From Octopus vulgaris (taxonomy: Eukaryota), in contig OX597815.1 in assembly GCA_951406725.2 (NCBI GenBank), positions 138,694,001-138,758,000 on the forward strand: a stretch of DNA of 64,000 nucleotides, read 5' to 3'. Below, in pieces: positions 1 to 11,980 of this stretch; the first letter of the stretch is position 1, and each line of letters begins with the position of its first letter. The position numbers were made by a program, and so were the translations under genes. The notes under the pieces are model-generated. The model had not been told where the DNA came from. It did not search any database and saw nothing but the letters and a program-made list of their open reading frames with translations.

Positions 1-417
1 GTTAAGACCAGACACATGGTATTAAGAAGGAAGTGGTCGTGGTTATGGTAATGTTAACTCTATGATAAGTAACTGAGACAGTGAAATAATAACATGGGGT
101 CCAGCAGATTCTGGGATTTTAGAACTGAATAGATTAAAAGTAGGAACATAGCAATCACCAAAGACTAGTATATATTTAGTAGGATAATTTTGCCCCACAC
201 ACTATCAATGAGAACGCAGCACTGAGAGAATGGGGATGGATAAAGAGATAAAAATGAGTAGTAGAATGAAAGAAATGTATGATTATTCAGACGTAGATAC
301 AGAAGCAACTAAAAAAAGATTACGATTTTAGATACAAAGATTTTTCATATAATCGATTTATGGTGAAGAAGAAGACAATCATTGGCAAATACGTCCAAAC
401 TAGAAATACTTAAGCTG

Positions 418-2245
418 AAGAGGTTGGTAGAGTTTTGAATTCTGAAATATTGAACGAAAAGACAATTGTATCGAAGACTTCGAATAGAGTTTCTAATAAC
501 TGGATATTCCTCCTAGATGTGTCCCAGAAGTGTACTTTTATTGGCAAATTCCAATAAGGGTGTAATCTGAGCAAACCTAAATTTTAAGAACATTTTAAGG
601 TTAATGCATTAAGAACTGAATCAACAGATATCAACAGAAGTGCCGATGCAAGATTTCATTTTATCTGTTAGGACAAACATCATGAGAATGACTAATTAAG
701 CACTTCCGGGTGACATGGTCGGGTTCAGAGATGTACAGCGATAATCTGCCCAATTTTCAAGAAAGGGAGCCGCGAAGACCCGCTTAACTACCGACCGGTT
801 TCCCTTACATCAATAATCAGCAAGATGTTCGAAGCCATCCTTAAGAAAAGTATGATGCTCCACCTCCAAAACACAGCCTCTATCTCTGATTCCCAACACG
901 GCTTCGTGCCGAAGAGATCATGCTTGACCAACTTACTGGTAATGGAAGAATTGGTGACGCGTATCCTCGATGATAGTGATGTTGTTGACATCGTTTTATT
1001 GGACTTTGCCAAAGCTTTTGACTCGGTAAACCACCGCCTATTACTTGTCAAGCTTCAAGCATATAGTTTCCATCCGGATATTGTACGATGGGTTGGTGCC
1101 TTCCTCTCAGATCGCTCTTTCCAAGTCCAACTTAATGGTTCGCGGTCCGACGTCTCCAGTGCGAGCAGTGGCATGCCTCAAGGTTCAGTGCTTGGGCCCT
1201 TATTGTTCTTAGTCTTCATAAATGACTTGCCCGACGACCTCACGCAACACACCCTTCTATTTGCCGACGATGTCAAACTGGTCGCTCCTCGCGGTGATAT
1301 AGAGGATCTTCGTCGATGTCTCCACCAAATTTAGAAATGGTCTAACAAATGGGACCTGTGTCTGAACGTGTCAAAGTGTTGTCATCTGTCTGTTGGCTCT
1401 CCTCCTGCAACTCAACTTGATTTCGAGCCGGGTCGTCTGCTGCTGGAGAGGACCGATCAGGTAAATGACCTGGGTATCTTGGTGGATTCCTCCTTTTCGC
1501 CTTCGGCCCAGTGCGTCCATGCTGCCAACAAGGCATGCGAAATTCTGTTCTTGATTCGACGGTCATTCGGAATGCTCTGAGCAGCCATATTCCTACCGCT
1601 CTATGTCACGCTGGTGAGACCCATATTGGAGTACGGGATTCAAGCCTCTTCTCCTTATCTCCTCAAAGACATACAGCATCTCGAAAGAGTCCAGAAGCTG
1701 GCTACCCGCATGGTTCTTGGTCTCAAGAATTTGTCTTATGAAGAAAGGCTGAAGACGCTGGACCTTTATTCTCTAGAAAAACGACGACGCCGTGGAGATC
1801 TCATTCTTACTCACAACATCATAAGCGGAAAGTGTAACCTCTCGAAAGAGCTGTTCTTCACTCCTGCTTCAGAGCGTCGGCTGCGGAGTCATTCCGAAAA
1901 GCTCTATCTGCGACGATTTCATCTCAATCGAAGGAGAGGGGCATTCTCTGTTCGGGTTGCGGATCCGTGGACTAAGCTGCCAGAAGAGATGGTGAAGATG
2001 CCGGCGACCGCTTTGTTCAAAGTCTCCCTTGACCTCAAGTGGCCTGAACTCTTTACATGAACACCACCCTGTACATAACTCCATGCCCCCCTACATGGCC
2101 TTGCTTTTTGCTTTTTGAGCCAAAAAAATAACTAACTAACTAAATGTATGCTATGAAAGTTAGTCTTACACAGATTGCAGAGGTTGTTAGAGCTTTGAAG
2201 TCTGAAATATTGAACGAAAAGACAATTGCATAGGAAACACTTCGA
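418..2245 (+). repeat. ~65-bp direct repeat pair (418-483 and 2177-2245), one copy on each side of the CR1 insertion
   Basis: gaggttggtagagttttgaattctgaaatattgaacgaaaagacaattg vs gaggttgttagagctttgaagtctgaaatattgaacgaaaagacaattg. Confidence 0.85.
696..2143 (+). mobile_element. 5'-truncated CR1-clade LINE (RT domain, 3' UTR, (TAAC)n tail)
   Basis: One reading frame 741-2060 broken only by stops at 1332 and 1578: PIFKKGSREDPLNYRPVSLTS, LDFAKAFDSVNH, GMPQGSVLGPLLF, FADDVKL, VRPILEYG, LERVQKLATRM, RRRRGDLI. Tail TAACTAACTAACTAA ends at 2143. Confidence 0.93.
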
Positions 2246-3112
2246 AGTGAGAGATATAGTTATGTGAGAAACTCACTAGTTACATACTGATAGAAAAAAA
2301 TACCGTTTCAAACGCTAATTTTGGTAATTATGTTCAATGTAATTCAGAGGATTGTATCGATTGAATAAGTAAATATATCCATTGCAGTGAAACGCTTATA
2401 TAAGTGCTGGTTTGTATTAAGGGCTTGAGATTATTATTGTTCATCTGTAGTAGAGACATAACCCGTAACAAATAATTTGCGATTCTAAATATGGATTTAT
2501 AACATTTCCTATTCTATTTGGAACGGAATTAGTTCATTTTATGGCTACCACTAATAATCATCCTTTCATACAATAAATGGTAAGTTATAATTCTGAATCA
2601 GTTTTGAGATGGTCTTGGTGATGGCTTGTTATTCAGAATTCTCGATAAAATAACCAAGTTGGTTAGATATGCTATTTGAAGACATTAATCAGATCAGGAT
2701 ACGCAAGCTGACAAGAAATTCAGATTCATCGCCAAATGCTAGAATTGTCTAAGTTTCAATTTGTACGAGCATCTGTAGCAAAAATTGTAAACATTTTTCT
2801 TATAGTATCATATTATGGGTATTGATTTTGCTCATGAGTTATTTCTTTATATAATGAAGTTTATAGAGATGAGTTAAATGTATGTTATCTAAAGCATGAA
2901 TCAAAATACTGAGCACGGACTAAAATAGCATATGAGTGGTATAAGACGTCTACATATATAATATTAAAATTTCCTCTGAGCTTTTCCCTGACAGTTGCTC
3001 CTTAGCAGAAAAAGTAGCATAGATAGAAAATAATGTTGAATATTCCAAACTAAAATCATGTTCCAAAGAACGTCTGAGAGTTTTACTGTGTAAATCCTAC
3101 AAGGTGAGCTTA

Positions 3113-3114
<2 letters not shown>

Positions 3115-3154
<40 letters not shown>

Positions 3155-3216
3155 ATAATATAATATAATACAATATAATGTAATACAATATAATATAATA
3201 TAATATAATATATATA

Positions 3217-3279
<63 letters not shown>
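3115..3279. repeat. Compound (TA)n/(TAATA)n microsatellite
   Basis: Directly visible. Confidence 0.95.
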
Positions 3280-3281
<2 letters not shown>

Positions 3282-6084
3282 AACACATAACTTCCAAAGA
3301 AAATATTTGAAGTCCCTCTATCTAACATATGAAATATCGGGTAATAATCCTCCCACATTAATCATTAACTTCAGAAGTCAGGGTTTTGTTAATATTTCCT
3401 CTCTCTTCTATGTTAATTCATTGCAAATTATACCAAGCAATCGATATCTTAGATATTGATTGCGTTCAATTTTATGATAAATAGCAATAGCAAAGATATT
3501 AATAACTTCGGCAATATATAATATTAACAGATTCAGTAGGTTGCTATTATGATTACTAATTTATTACTATGTTTCCTTATTCGATATATTATTGTTTGCA
3601 ATGTAAACTTCGATAACGAAAAATAAAAACCATAAGAAACAAACTAACCCACGTGGATCGAGTGTTTTCTCCCGCATTGCACATCACTTCAACACCTGAT
3701 AATATATTGCTTCTGATATAACCCTGAAAATCGAACATTACATACTCGTGATTTGATCGATATTTAGTGTTTATTATCTTCTTTATGTGGAATGAATTGT
3801 TTCCCTAAGTTAATGTATTATTCATTTATTTTCTTCAATTTAAGCAATGCACTCAGAGAATTGATTAGGCTACAGATGATGGTTTTCAAACTCTTTATTT
3901 CCTTGACAGAAAACCTGTATCTGCTGCATTTATTGGAAAGTAATGGCAGAAAACAGGTTAAGAATAGAAATTCTTTTTAGAAACGCACCTGTTAACATGA
4001 CAGAGGCATTTAAAAAGACAATCCAATATACGTTTGTATTAATGGCGTTCGAAAACTTAAATAATCAGTTTGTATTTGTTCAGCAAAAGATTTCTCGAAA
4101 ATACCCTATATAGCATTTACTGTTAAGTAAACGATTGTTAGGAATGGAAAGAAAATCTAATTGCTATTCACACAGTTTTATCGTGAAAACCTGTATTAAG
4201 ATTACTTAAACGTAACAACACTTCCTATTAAAATTAGTTGTCATCAATAAACCACAGCAATACAATTACCATACCACTATAAGAATAACTGATTATATGC
4301 AAATACAAGTAACATAAAGTGTAACTAGAAAATCGTATCTATTTTACACTGGTAAGCAGGAAAACTCTGTTGAAACGTAATTTATTTTTCTTCTTCACAA
4401 AATATATTCTCAAATGCATTTGTCCAAGTAAATCAAAATTATCTTAGTTACGTAAAAGGAAAACATGCTCAATATCTTTAACTGTTGCTAATGTCAAATA
4501 TTTTCCCCAGCAATATGAAAATTTATGCTCTGGAAAAACCCTCACAGGGAAATTGAACAATACTGTTGTTGTTGTTGTTTAGAGAGAAGTAATCCCTAAT
4601 AAACTTACGTATCAAATTCATTCCAAATATGATCATCTTGTATTTTTGAATATACACGTCTACATGGTAATATGTGTTTTTCTTTTTTATGCGAACAAGG
4701 TGGAAACTGAATGAGGAATTCGATATCATTATTAGAAATTGCAAAACCTTTTAGAAGTTGACTAGTTAGATTAGCGCTCTACACAAATTTGACTGTATAT
4801 GTATCCCATGGTACCTATAAATCTTCACTCCAAACGCTCGTGAAAGGAGGTTTGGGATTCGAATGCGAAGTAATAACATGTGCCTCTCTCTAATAACACC
4901 GATACAACTCACAAAAAATTGAAATTTTCGCTTTTTTCTCTCAGATTCTCAACTACATGTTAATGATTCTTTACCTCATCTTCTCACCAACTCATTTCTA
5001 TTCCATTCCCGCCAGATATTCAAGAAATTCATCAAAATTTGAGATCCTCATTACTGTAAACTCCATGGATTGCCAGACGTGGCAGGTTCTATGACCTTGG
5101 ACTCTTCTAGGGTTGGTGGACGGTGTTTCACCCACTTGTCTTCTTTCGTGGTAGAGTTTGCCTTTTCGAAAAGGGGTTCTTTTTGTGTACTTTGCACAAA
5201 ATCGAAAATTTGTAAACCCGTTCACTCCCTTTGTTTCCCCTTATAACAATATGACAATGTGTGACGCTACTTGTCCTTGCTGGAAGAGAGGAGACCTGGA
5301 CTTCGATTCCTGCCACTGAAGCTGAGTAAATTTTCCGCCATCCTTGGAGCTGTAACAGTTGATGTGACTGGAGATTCTCTGGACACAGCAATCTTCTGGG
5401 ACCAGCTGTTGTTGTTGTTGCTAGCTCTGCTGTTGCCAGACAATTTCTGTCCTCCCCTTATTTTCATCTAAGATATTCCTTAATACTGCCTGTGTTATTA
5501 CTAATACATATAATAACACAGAAAATATTAAAAATGCCAGGCTGACACTGTTCTCTTTAACGTCGTTTACATAAAAACCAAATTAAAATTAAAATCGACG
5601 ATAATTTTAAAGGATAAGGATTATATAATACATTGGTTGAAATGTAATAAAGTGCATTGCTCTTTTACCACATAAAAGTAATTTTCTGCAAGGGATTTTG
5701 TTAGCCGACTAAATGAAGCAATAAATCCTAAAGTTTTAGTCTCATCTCAACACAAACAATGACAAACATTAAAAATCCAAACATATCATTCAGTACACAG
5801 TTAAAAGGGTTAACAGCCTCAACTTGTACGCTGAAATTGATTGCATATAAAAGTAGATACAAGATCCAGATTAGAGAAATGCAAATTAGAGAAAAGCAAA
5901 AGGTGAATGAATAAGACCACTGGTATTGTGCTACACAGTGAAACACAATTAAACCAAACACAACAATATATACACTTAGTAATTAATGAAGACAGTGTAC
6001 AAAACACAGCTAGATATTATTGTTGGCAAGATGCGCATTGCTCTTTTACCCCATAAACGTAACTTCCCCGGGTCTGCAGTTAGT

Positions 6085-6385
6085 GAGCCGTTTTGCCAAC
6101 GTGTAGAAAGCGTTAGGATTTCTTTTAATATTTTCGACTGTCCAGGTTTCTCTTTCTTTCTTTTCTTTTTCATGGGAGAGTTTGAGATTATTTTCAATCT
6201 CTTTCAGGTAGTATTTCACACTGTCATTGAGATGTTTATTTAAACGATTCTAGGGCTTTATTCTCCGCTGCGTGTATATTTTCCTGTCTCGGGGAATGAT
6301 GTTTTTGTGTGTATTGGATCTCTTCCCTGGGACATATTTAATGCATATAGCTAGCATTATTGACATGAATTTGTTGAGTTTAAAC
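6085..6385 (-). mobile_element. Decayed CR1/L2-like LINE ORF2 fragment (EN-RT linker)
   Basis: Minus strand LNKFMSIMLAICIKYVPGKRSNTHKNIIPRDRK...EIENNLKLSHEKEKKERETWTVENIKRNPNAFYTLAKR, matching the IKxNPKxFY linker motif. Confidence 0.6.
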
Positions 6386-6432
6386 CATTGTTAGACCCTG
6401 GCAGATCCCACTATTCCGAGTCAGTACGGACC

Positions 6433-6494
<62 letters not shown>

Positions 6495-6509
6495 GTTGTC
6501 GCCGTATAA

Positions 6510-6557
<48 letters not shown>

Positions 6558-6562
<5 letters not shown>

Positions 6563-7163
6563 CTTGATCACCTTAACCGACCAGTTCGTCGCGCGTCCAT
6601 TTGACACTGCTGGTCACAGCACGCTGTCCACCTCTCTCTGGATCGTACCTTTCTCATCCACGTGATCCCAATCGTCCTCCTGAAATCGTAACTCCACCAT
6701 CGTGGAGGCCTTCCGGGTGGTCGTTTCCGCTCGCGCGGGTCAACCGATTGTCGGTGAGCCGAGTGACATTTCCAGCCCATCTAAACTTGCTGCGTGTATA
6801 CTCTGCGATGGCATCCCTCGCGCCGGTAAAGGTAAGGGAATATGTCTACCTGGGACAGGAAGTGAATATGTGCCTAGATATCGAAAAGGAGATCTCACAG
6901 AGAGCAAGGACCGGAGAGAAGGCGTTTAATGGCATAAGGAGTGTGCTCAACGGAAGGTTGGACAGGACCACCCGTGTCAACCTCATCAACAGTACAGTTC
7001 TATCTGCAATGTTTTATGGTAGTGAAACATGGGCTACAACAACGGGAGAAGAGCAGAGAAGAGCTGGTAACGGCTCAAAGAGCCATGGAAAGGTCAATGC
7101 TTGGTATCCCGTTGAGAGAACACATCAGTAGTGAGATCATCAGAAAGAAGTCCGGCGTGAGGG

Positions 7164-7165
<2 letters not shown>
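6558..7165 (-). mobile_element. RTE-clade LINE 3' end with inverted 5' segment
   Basis: 6826-6558 (-): GARDAIAEYTRSKFRWAGNVTRLTDNR...RKRPPGRPPRWW and an AGGTGATCAAGGTGAT tail. 6826-7165 (+): EYVYLGQE...VLSAMFYGSETW...AQRAMERSMLG...IRKKSGVRD. Confidence 0.88.
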
Positions 7166-7196
<31 letters not shown>

Positions 7197-7403
7197 TGTA
7201 TGTATGTATGTATGTATATAGTGGCTTTCAGCTAAAAAACAACATAGGTAAAGAATGATTCACATTTTTTTGTATATATTGTGTATTGCTATTGTTTTAC
7301 ACAATGGCGCGCGCGTACACAGACACACACACTAATACACATTTATACACGCATGTACATAGATATATACATACGCATGCACACACACATATTCTTACAT
7401 ACG

Positions 7404-7434
<31 letters not shown>

Positions 7435-7436
7435 TT

Positions 7437-8524
7437 AGAACAAACTTAGAAATGGATGCGTGCGTTCTGTCGTGTAAGAACAAATTAATAAATAAAACAT
7501 ATGCATATATACATACATATATGTACGTACCTACATCTACATGTATATATACATGCATATATGGGTACAGGACACCAAAAAAACGTCGAACACAATGAGA
7601 AACGAAAACATAAACACAAAACCAAGGAACTGGACATTTTTCTTAAACAACGAAAAAATAGAGTACAGGACAAATAACACAAGGAAAATTCCCCGTCTTC
7701 AGTCGCCATAGTTTCATCTACTCCGCGTCTCGAAGGTGAAGGTGAGACGCGACTTCGGCTGAAACGTTTCTTCCCTCAAAAAGCAAATTAAATAAAATTT
7801 GAGATATTTTTGCGGTGGGGTAAAAATGGTAACAAAAACGGGACAGTAAAGATAGCATATAAATATAAACAGTAAAAGACAGGACAGGGAGAATAACAGT
7901 AACACAGACAAGAAGGGCTGTTAAGCCAAACGAGATAAAATTTTTACGAACGCTATTTTTGAGAACGGCGAAGGAGCCACAGAAAATGCCGTCTACACTC
8001 GGGGGAAGCAAGGTCAGAAAAGACAGTAGTTTCCTCATCGCTGACCAGCGACTGGACAAGGGAGGAGGAGTAAGAGAAAGGGAAGGGAGAGAAAAAAGAG
8101 GAATGGTTGTAGAGAAAACCAGAAATAATGAAGAATGAGAGAGAAGGAGGGAGAGACAGTAAGGTAGAAGAAAAGGAAACCAGAAAGAAAGAAGGCTGAG
8201 AAGGGAGGGGGACAGAAAGGTTAAGAGTGCGCATCAGTATTAATATTAAGAACAAACTTACTTAGAAATGGATGCGTGCGTTCTGTCGTGCAATAACAAA
8301 TTAATAAATAAAACATATGCATATATACATACATATATATACGTACCTACATCTATATGTATATATACATGCATATGTGGGTACAGGACACCTAAAAAAC
8401 GTCGAACACAATGAGCAACGAAAACATAAACACAAAACCAAGGAACTGGACATTTTTCTTAAACAACGAAAAATAGAGTACAGGCCAAATAACACAAGAA
8501 AAATTCCCCTTATTCAGTCGCCAT
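7437..8524. mobile_element. Non-coding partial-tandem element (816-bp unit plus ~275-bp repeat), PLE pseudo-LTR-like
   Basis: 7437-7709 recurs at 8249-8524 (agaaatggatgcgtgcg at 7448 and 8264). Flanked by (TA)n and (CATA)n. The PLE assignment is inference. Confidence 0.55.
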
Positions 8525-8543
8525 ACATACATACATACATACA

Positions 8544-8577
<34 letters not shown>

Positions 8578-8728
8578 CATATATATTTAGTAATAGGGAT
8601 AAAACAAATAAATGCTTTGCGTATTACAACGTGCATATATCAATACATGCATAATATATAATACACACATGCATATATATATACACACACCAACACACAC
8701 ATGCACATATACATGTACATATATAATT

Positions 8729-8939
8729 TTCTACGCTAGGCACAAGGTCCGAAATTTAGGATGAGCGGGCCAGTCAATGAGATAGACTCCAGTACGCAAC
8801 TGGTACTTAATTTATCGACCCCGAAAGGATGAAAGGCAAAGTCGACCACGGCGAAATTTGAACTCAAGACAAAAAGACAGACGACGTACTGCCAAGTATT
8901 TCGCCCAGTGTGCTAACGTTTCTGTCACCTCGCCACCTT
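8729..8939 (-). mobile_element. tRNA-derived SINE, family A (Nin/Deu-like central domain)
   Basis: Minus strand has box B GAGTTCAAAT and GGTCGACTTTGCCTTTCATCCTTTCGGGGTCGATAAATTAAGTACCAG; homologous to 59041-59252 and 63039-63601. Confidence 0.85.
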
Positions 8940-10518
8940 GCACATATACATAAATAGCATCTCATACGTTTGTCTTACTATAGATATGCTTAACTTATAT
9001 CAACCTCCGTCGGTTATGGGGCTGAGTGTTCAGTTGGTCGATAATTGAAATAACGTGTATGTAACGGAGAATTCCACAGACAGAAATATTATTGATATAA
9101 TCTTCAGGGAGATAAACACAGGGAGATAAAAACTTTACATGTACAATCCATCCAGTAGGTTTCCTCAAAGTCTTCGTCTATCCAATTTCATCCACAAAAA
9201 TTTCGATCTATATGAAGCAATTATAAAAGTAACTTGCTCAAGATGCTACAAAGAGGAATCGAGCCTGGGTCTTCGTAATAATCAAACGTACATTGTAACT
9301 ATTCTATCAATCAACGTATAGATAGAACTCAGCACTCAGAATATTTGAATGGAAATGTTATATGAAGCCTCGGTTATCTCGGAAAGTTTTGTAAAATAGT
9401 TATATTAAAAAAGATATGAATTTTAAAATTGACGCTTCACAGATTGAAATGACGTACAATAATTGGAACATACCGAACCTAAATTTATTCCTCGAGGATG
9501 TTATTATGATTAACGATATCGCAATTATTTCCATATGCACCACATGATCAATATGCTTTTAGAGATTCTGGTGCAGAAGAATAACCGTTTTCCTTCTCGA
9601 AATTGCCGAGGATTCATATATGAGCAAGAGTTTTTTGTTAAGTAAATTTCGAATCTTTACTAAAAAGTGCTGGCACACACATACATGCACGCAAATACAT
9701 ACATACATACACACACCCACACACACACATTCATATATTCGAAATCGCATAATTATCTGTATGATGTGTTTATATGCACGTATTAGTGCTTATATTTGAG
9801 TTTGTATTTAATAAATCATACTTAAGTGAGATGGAGATATAAATACTCTTAACTATCTAGATATAGATTTTTTCAAATGGCATGTATGTAATGTAATGTT
9901 GGATATATAATTGAATCACATCCTTCATTGAACAGATTAGGATAGAATCAAGCAATGGGTACATCGCATGTTGTAATTTTAGAGAGATTCAGAATGGTAG
10001 ATAAATCACAATAAAATACATACAGCTTAAAATAATACACTTCACATCGATATACTAAAAGATAACTATTATTTGTAAACAGAGATGAATGTCGCAGTAA
10101 GAAACATACTACATGATTTTTGACGGTAGATGTAAAATTACGTCCAAATACAACAAAACAACTTCAGTATTCTCAGAAGAGTATTGCAGTATTATGATTA
10201 TAAACCAAAACAAGCTCAATTCCTCCGACTCAAGCCAGACGAACAACTACCATCATTTTCGGTTGTAGAACGTCGCACAGCTTAACAGCACAATCTGGCT
10301 CTAGGATAACTCTAGTGGTATTCAGGCCGTTTCAAATATCTGGGTCAACTATGCGGTATAAGTATAATTTATTCCGCTTCTACCACCGCTCACGGGTTCC
10401 AGCAAAATGTTTAGAGAATCTGCCCTTCATAATCTAACTAAAATGATTAAAAAATCTGTATTTCATTCTCTGATAGTCATTTAATCATCGAGAGTCTCTG
10501 TATGTTACTACTATAGGG

Positions 10519-11012
10519 TAAAGGATAAAGACCTCCTTCGGTCATGAAAGTTACCCTACAAGGCACAAGTTCGGGTAAGTTTGTTTATTCAAGACCAACA
10601 GTCGCCCATGTAACCTCCCCACTCCATGCTACGTCAAAGGAAAGGCAAAGCTCGATACATACATACGTACGTACGTACGTGCGTACATACATACATACAT
10701 ACATACATACATGCAAACAAACAAACAAACAAACAAACAAACAAACACACAAACAAACAAACAAACAAGCTCCGGGCTAAGTTGCTTATGGGAGACCAGA
10801 GTCACTCATGCTTAACAACCTCCCCTCTGCACGCCACCGATGGTATCTTAGGGAAAGGCAAAGGCCGGTACAGCTTGGTACCAGTGGCGTCGCAACTCAT
10901 TTCTGAAGTAAAGTGTCGTGTTCAAGAACACAACATACAACCCGGTCTGGGAATCAAACTCGCTACCGCATGATTGTGAGTCCGCGCTCTAACTGATGAG
11001 CCATGCTCCTTC
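10519..11012 (-). mobile_element. tRNA-derived SINE, family C, with duplicated tail split by (CATA)n(CAAA)n
   Basis: Minus-strand head GGAGCATGGCTCATCAGTTAGAGC...GAGTTTGATTCC followed by TGTGTTCTTGAAC. The tail segment occurs at ~10565-10650 and ~10768-10865. Confidence 0.7.
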
Positions 11013-11739
11013 ATAAATCATTATAATTAATATAAAATAACAGTAACCCTTGCTTTCCAGCCGTGTCTATATATTCCAGATCTGCTATGGCAACTGCAAC
11101 AAGCAGGACAATGGAGGTGTACAGTGAACACACGTTATCTAACTCTAATCCACACAATAAAACATGATCCACAATGAAGCAGAAACATGGTTGTGTATCA
11201 CATGGATGCATGCCACAGATATAAATAAGCAAAAACAAACGCCGCCCCGTCAGTAAACCAACTAGATATGGTAGCTAAATGTTTCTTAAATATTATACCC
11301 CATAATCTTTGAAAATGTAACTGACACTGGTTGATACAGTTGTAGATGTTCTATGCCTTAATAATATATATATTTAAGAGATTTTTGATTATGCTTCAGC
11401 TTGACATAAGGTTGACGTTGTTCTCTATGTCGTCAACGACAAAAGGTACATCAAAAGTAGTTGTGTGTCAAATTTCAAATGTAATCAATGCCTGCAGTTT
11501 TAAGAATATAAATAAAATACGGGGAATGGTAACATGCATTTAGAAACCTATTGCAAAAAAAACAGAACCTATTGCAAAAACAACAACAAACACAAACAAA
11601 AAAACAACAAAAACTTAGGTGAAAAAGGGTCAAAATCAGGCAGTAAAAAACTATGGAATATGCGTATTTTAGTGTGCATATAAAACTTCTTATATAATAT
11701 AACATAAATATTCAACAGTAATATTTCTTAATCAGAATG

Positions 11740-11751
11740 ATACATACATAC

Positions 11752-11804
<53 letters not shown>

Positions 11805-11832
11805 CATACATACAGATATATGTATGTATATA

Positions 11833-11868
<36 letters not shown>

Positions 11869-11910
11869 TGTATGTATGTATGTATGTATGTATGTATGTA
11901 TGTATGTATG

Positions 11911-11947
<37 letters not shown>

Positions 11948-11980
11948 TTGTATGTATATACGTATGTGTGTATGTATACA
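11740..11980. repeat. Compound (TA)n/(TATG)n microsatellite
   Basis: Directly visible; source of the YIYI/MYVC/HTYI ORFs. Confidence 0.95.

Larger units (their letters stand above)
1..3060 (-). pseudogene. Possible decayed LRR-containing GPCR (GRL101/RXFP-like) pseudogene, interrupted by the CR1 LINE
   Basis: Minus-strand fragments in the expected order: signal-peptide-like MILVWNIQHYFLSMLLFLLRSNCQG (~3060-2986); LRR-like LQMNNNNLKPL and LQSSNNLCNL; hinge/TM1-like PSPFSQCCVLIDSVWGKIILL...IAMFLLLIYSVLK (~240-120). Many stops and frameshifts. Confidence 0.3.

Noticed and set aside
7690-7770. CTGAAGA and GAAAC motifs on the minus strand as a hammerhead
   Set aside because: Spacing leaves no room for stems I and III; no consistent fold
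10930-11012. tRNA gene calls for SINE heads
   Set aside because: The A/B boxes run on into SINE bodies and the cloverleaf is not intact
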